From Candidatus Hydrothermarchaeum profundi (lineage in GTDB: Archaea; Hydrothermarchaeota; Hydrothermarchaeia; Hydrothermarchaeales; Hydrothermarchaeaceae): a stretch of 64,000 nucleotides of DNA. The position numbers were made by a program, and so were the translations under genes. The stretch lies in contig MTMF02000009.1 of assembly GCA_002011125.2 (NCBI GenBank), positions 128,001 through 192,000 on the forward strand, written 5' to 3'. Below, in pieces: positions 61,174 to 64,000 of this stretch (the first letter of the stretch is position 1; each line of letters opens with the position of its first letter). The notes under the pieces are model-generated. The model worked only from the letters and a program-made list of their open reading frames with translations. It ran no database searches and was not told the DNA's origin.

Positions 61174-62217
61174 ATGAAAAAAGTAGCGGTTTTGGGTGCA
61201 ACCGGAATGGTTGGGCAGAGGTTTGTGCAACTTTTGATGGGCCATCCATTTTTCAAACTGGTAGACCTATGTGCCTCTGAAAGATCGGCCGGCAAACGGT
61301 ATAAAGAGGCTACTAGATGGATGCTTGACGCCGAAATGCCTGAGAAAGTAGCTGACTTAGAGGTAAAGAGGATCGACCCAAATTTAATCGACGCTGACAT
61401 CGTATTCTCAGCGCTACCTAAAGAAGTGGCAAAAAATGTTGAACCAAAGTTTGCAGAGGCGGGGTTCATCGTATCAAGCAACGCATCTGCCTTTCGAATG
61501 GTGGAAGACATTCCCTTGCTCATCCCAGAAGTTAACCCTGAACATTTAGAGCTCATCGAAGTACAGAGGGAGAACAGGGGCTGGGATGGAGCGATTATAA
61601 CTAATCCTAATTGTACTACTATTATGGCAATGCTACCATTAAAGCCTATTTACGACAATTTTGGTTTGAGAAGGGTTATTGTGACTAGCATGCAGGCCTT
61701 GTCTGGTGCAGGCTACTCTGGAGTAGTATCTATGGCTATATTAGATAACTTAATTCCGTTTATTAGGGGTGAAGAAGAAAAAGTTGAGACTGAAGGACTT
61801 AAAATCTTTGGAAAATTCGAAGATAATAAGATAACCAAAGCGGGTTTTAAGATATCTGCCTCCTGTAATAGAGTAAATGTCCTTGATGGCCATACTGAAT
61901 CGATTTTTGTTGAAGTTGAGGAGGATTGTTCGGTAGATGATGTCAAAGAAGTTCTTAGAAAATTCAGAGGACTTCCCCAGAAACTGAAGCTTCCAACTGC
62001 TCCGCAGAATCCTATTATTGTTAGGGAAGAAGAAGATAGGCCCCAGCCCAGGTTAGATAGACTACAACAAGGCGGAATGAGCGTTAGTGTTGGCAGGATC
62101 AGGGAGGACCCTGTGTTTGACTTCAAGTTTACGTCAATGGGCCATAATACGATTAGAGGCGCGGCTGGAGCATCTATATTGAATGCAGAACTCTTACTTA
62201 AAAAAAATAAAGCTTAA
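61174..62217 (+). CDS. asd: Aspartate-semialdehyde dehydrogenase
   Basis: [27 protein letters not shown]. Confidence 0.95.
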   Translation: MKKVAVLGATGMVGQRFVQLLMGHPFFKLVDLCASERSAGKRYKEATRWMLDAEMPEKVADLEVKRIDPNLIDADIVFSALPKEVAKNVEPKFAEAGFIVSSNASAFRMVEDIPLLIPEVNPEHLELIEVQRENRGWDGAIITNPNCTTIMAMLPLKPIYDNFGLRRVIVTSMQALSGAGYSGVVSMAILDNLIPFIRGEEEKVETEGLKIFGKFEDNKITKAGFKISASCNRVNVLDGHTESIFVEVEEDCSVDDVKEVLRKFRGLPQKLKLPTAPQNPIIVREEEDRPQPRLDRLQQGGMSVSVGRIREDPVFDFKFTSMGHNTIRGAAGASILNAELLLKKNKA

Positions 62218-62229
62218 GCGCATTTGCGC

Positions 62230-62415
62230 TTAAGCACATGAATCATGGGTGATAGCCCCATTCGGGCAGGTTTCAACGCAGGAACAGCACTCGACGCACT
62301 CATCGACATTCACAGGGTTGGACTTCCCATCTATAAGTTCAAAGACCGCAGATGGGCATACATCTACGCAATCACCACATCCTTCACATTTTTCACTATC
62401 TACTTCTATCAACAT
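62230..62415 (-). CDS. 2x[4Fe-4S] ferredoxin
   Basis: Two CxxCxxCxxxCP motifs. Confidence 0.92.
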   Translation of the reverse strand: MLIEVDSEKCEGCGDCVDVCPSAVFELIDGKSNPVNVDECVECCSCVETCPNGAITHDSCA

Positions 62416-62551
62416 AGCAGGACCTCCTACTTTTGACTTGGCTACAGTTTTTTAAAACTTTATTTAAATTTTTCGGTGGTCTGGTATTCTATCTCCCTGT
62501 GCGAATATCCCTAGTTCGTCAACTTTTAAAGGAATTATATTTGAAAAATCC

Positions 62552-64000
62552 CTATTTCCTTCCAAGTAGGGGTAGTAATTCTTTAATCTCTACTTTTTTC
62601 CTCACCATAATGACTGTTTTATTTGTTCTCTTTATGAATCTTTCAGGGAAAGCCCCCTTCACAAAATTTTTAATAAACGGCTGATTCGATGCACCTATTA
62701 TAATGAGGTCATACTCCTTAGCCCTCTCTACCAGGGCCCTAATCTTATTTTTTGTAAATTCAACTATAATATCCTCTTCGATTCCTTGAGATTGTTTGAG
62801 TTTCTCCAAATTTGCATATATTTTGTTTTTATCCGCATCAATGCTAGCGACATGGAGATAGCAGACTGTTGAATTAAGAGTTTTGCACAAGTCTTTTGCA
62901 ATTCTATTAGCGGTATATATGTGAGGGCCGCCAGCCGTGGGTACTAGTATCCTCTTGATATTGCTAACTTTAAAGCCTTGTTCAAACCTTACTACCGCGA
63001 CATCACATGGAGCTTTGAAAAGAAGTTGATCAATCGTGCTCCCTAAGATATAATCCCTCTTGTAAGTTCTTCCCCTGAAACCAATTATAAGCATGTCTGG
63101 TTTTTCTTCCTCTATCGTGTTTAGTATTGCATCTGGGATATTATGAGAAATCTTCAATACCTTATTCACAGGTATTTCCTCTGGTACCTTTAGTTTTTTT
63201 AACAGCTCCCGCCTCTTTTCAACGTATTTTTCTCCAGCAGATAGAGGCGTCTGCGCAGGTAATTTCATTATTGAAAGAATTACTATCTCTCCGTCTTTTG
63301 CTTTTGCTATTGTGCTCGCTAGAGATACTAGGTTTTCTGCAGTAGCAGGATTAGCCACAGAGACCATGATCTTATAGTGCTTTTCTTCTAGTGCTTTTTC
63401 CTGGAAAACTGTCTTGAACTCTTCTCCAAGTTTCTCTTTCCTTTTTTCCTTCGAATAAGAAACATAAACTATTGAACCGAGGGCTAGCCAGCCGATGCAA
63501 GCTGAAAGCGCTAGCATTCCATGCTCTAATTCTTTAATTAAAAAATAAGCGATTAGAACTTGAAGTATTATTGCAGTTAAAGGAACATACGGTACTAACG
63601 GCACTTTAAATACCCTTTTTACATTTGGTGCCTTATATCTGAGCATTATTAATGCCATATTGACCTGTATGAACAGCAATATGAACATTATATCGGTAGA
63701 GGCGGCAATCGCCTCTATAGGGAGAGCGAGAGCCATGAAAGCTATTATGATATATGTGAAGAAAATAGAGTAGTAGGGAGTCTTGTTGGTCTCATGAAGC
63801 TTACTCAGCCTTTTATCAAGCAGACCATCTCTTGCTAATGCAAAGCTTACCCTAGAGGAGGAGTATATAGTGGCATTCATTGCACTAGCAGTAGAAACAA
63901 GACCTGCGAATAAAAGGATAGCTGTTCCAAAAGGCATTATCTGATTTGCGGTTCTTATTAAACCGAGTTCAGCCAACCCCCCTAAGTACTCCCACGTTGG
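62552..64000 (-). CDS. APC-family amino acid permease fused to two USP domains (5' end outside window)
   Basis: SSSRVSFALARDG, TM helices, USP motifs GSTID..APCDV and PTAGGPH. Confidence 0.85.
   Translation of the reverse strand, partial: PTWEYLGGLAELGLIRTANQIMPFGTAILLFAGLVSTASAMNATIYSSSRVSFALARDGLLDKRLSKLHETNKTPYYSIFFTYIIIAFMALALPIEAIAASTDIMFILLFIQVNMALIMLRYKAPNVKRVFKVPLVPYVPLTAIILQVLIAYFLIKELEHGMLALSACIGWLALGSIVYVSYSKEKRKEKLGEEFKTVFQEKALEEKHYKIMVSVANPATAENLVSLASTIAKAKDGEIVILSIMKLPAQTPLSAGEKYVEKRRELLKKLKVPEEIPVNKVLKISHNIPDAILNTIEEEKPDMLIIGFRGRTYKRDYILGSTIDQLLFKAPCDVAVVRFEQGFKVSNIKRILVPTAGGPHIYTANRIAKDLCKTLNSTVCYLHVASIDADKNKIYANLEKLKQSQGIEEDIIVEFTKNKIRALVERAKEYDLIIIGASNQPFIKNFVKGAFPERFIKRTNKTVIMVRKKVEIKELLPLLGRK

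Noticed and set aside
61121-61249. N-terminal extension of cobB in the ORF track
   Set aside because: Overlaps asd and the divergent promoter; family similarity starts at MHIPRI
173-63345. Numerous antisense or nested ORFs in the track (e.g. 173-382, 8372-8728, 35661-36059, 61713-62126)
   Set aside because: Shadow frames of well-supported genes on the opposite strand
1-64000. CRISPR array, rRNA, IS transposase
   Set aside because: No regularly spaced repeats, rRNA-like tract or transposase motif seen

Overview
Archaeal chromosomal window from an anaerobe. The gene set (DsrA-like gene, form III RuBisCO, Mer/Ftr/FrhB-family, methanogenesis marker 12, thermosome, Alba, A/V-ATPase) suggests a Hydrothermarchaeota-like euryarchaeote; this is an inference, not a proven assignment. 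It contains class III and class II ribonucleotide reductase loci, sdhBCA, rbcL, cysS, an oxidative-stress cluster, porCDAB, a MoxR/vWA operon and a ~10.6 kb tyrosine-integrase element in the 3' end of tRNA-Cys (13-bp att duplication, three toxin-antitoxin-like pairs, MCM-like ATPase). Most notable: (1) the class III RNR is cleanly split, with its glycyl-radical loop on a separate 49-aa gene that has its own perfect ribosome-binding site, and the break bisects the Zn site; (2) a circularly permuted FrhB/FpoF-type protein is translationally coupled to the por operon; (3) a degenerate LAGLIDADG-like HTH protein sits divergent from nrdJ; (4) a candidate CU-rich sRNA is complementary to a terminator-like hairpin inside the nrdD operon. 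All calls come from visual motif recognition; no searches were run.
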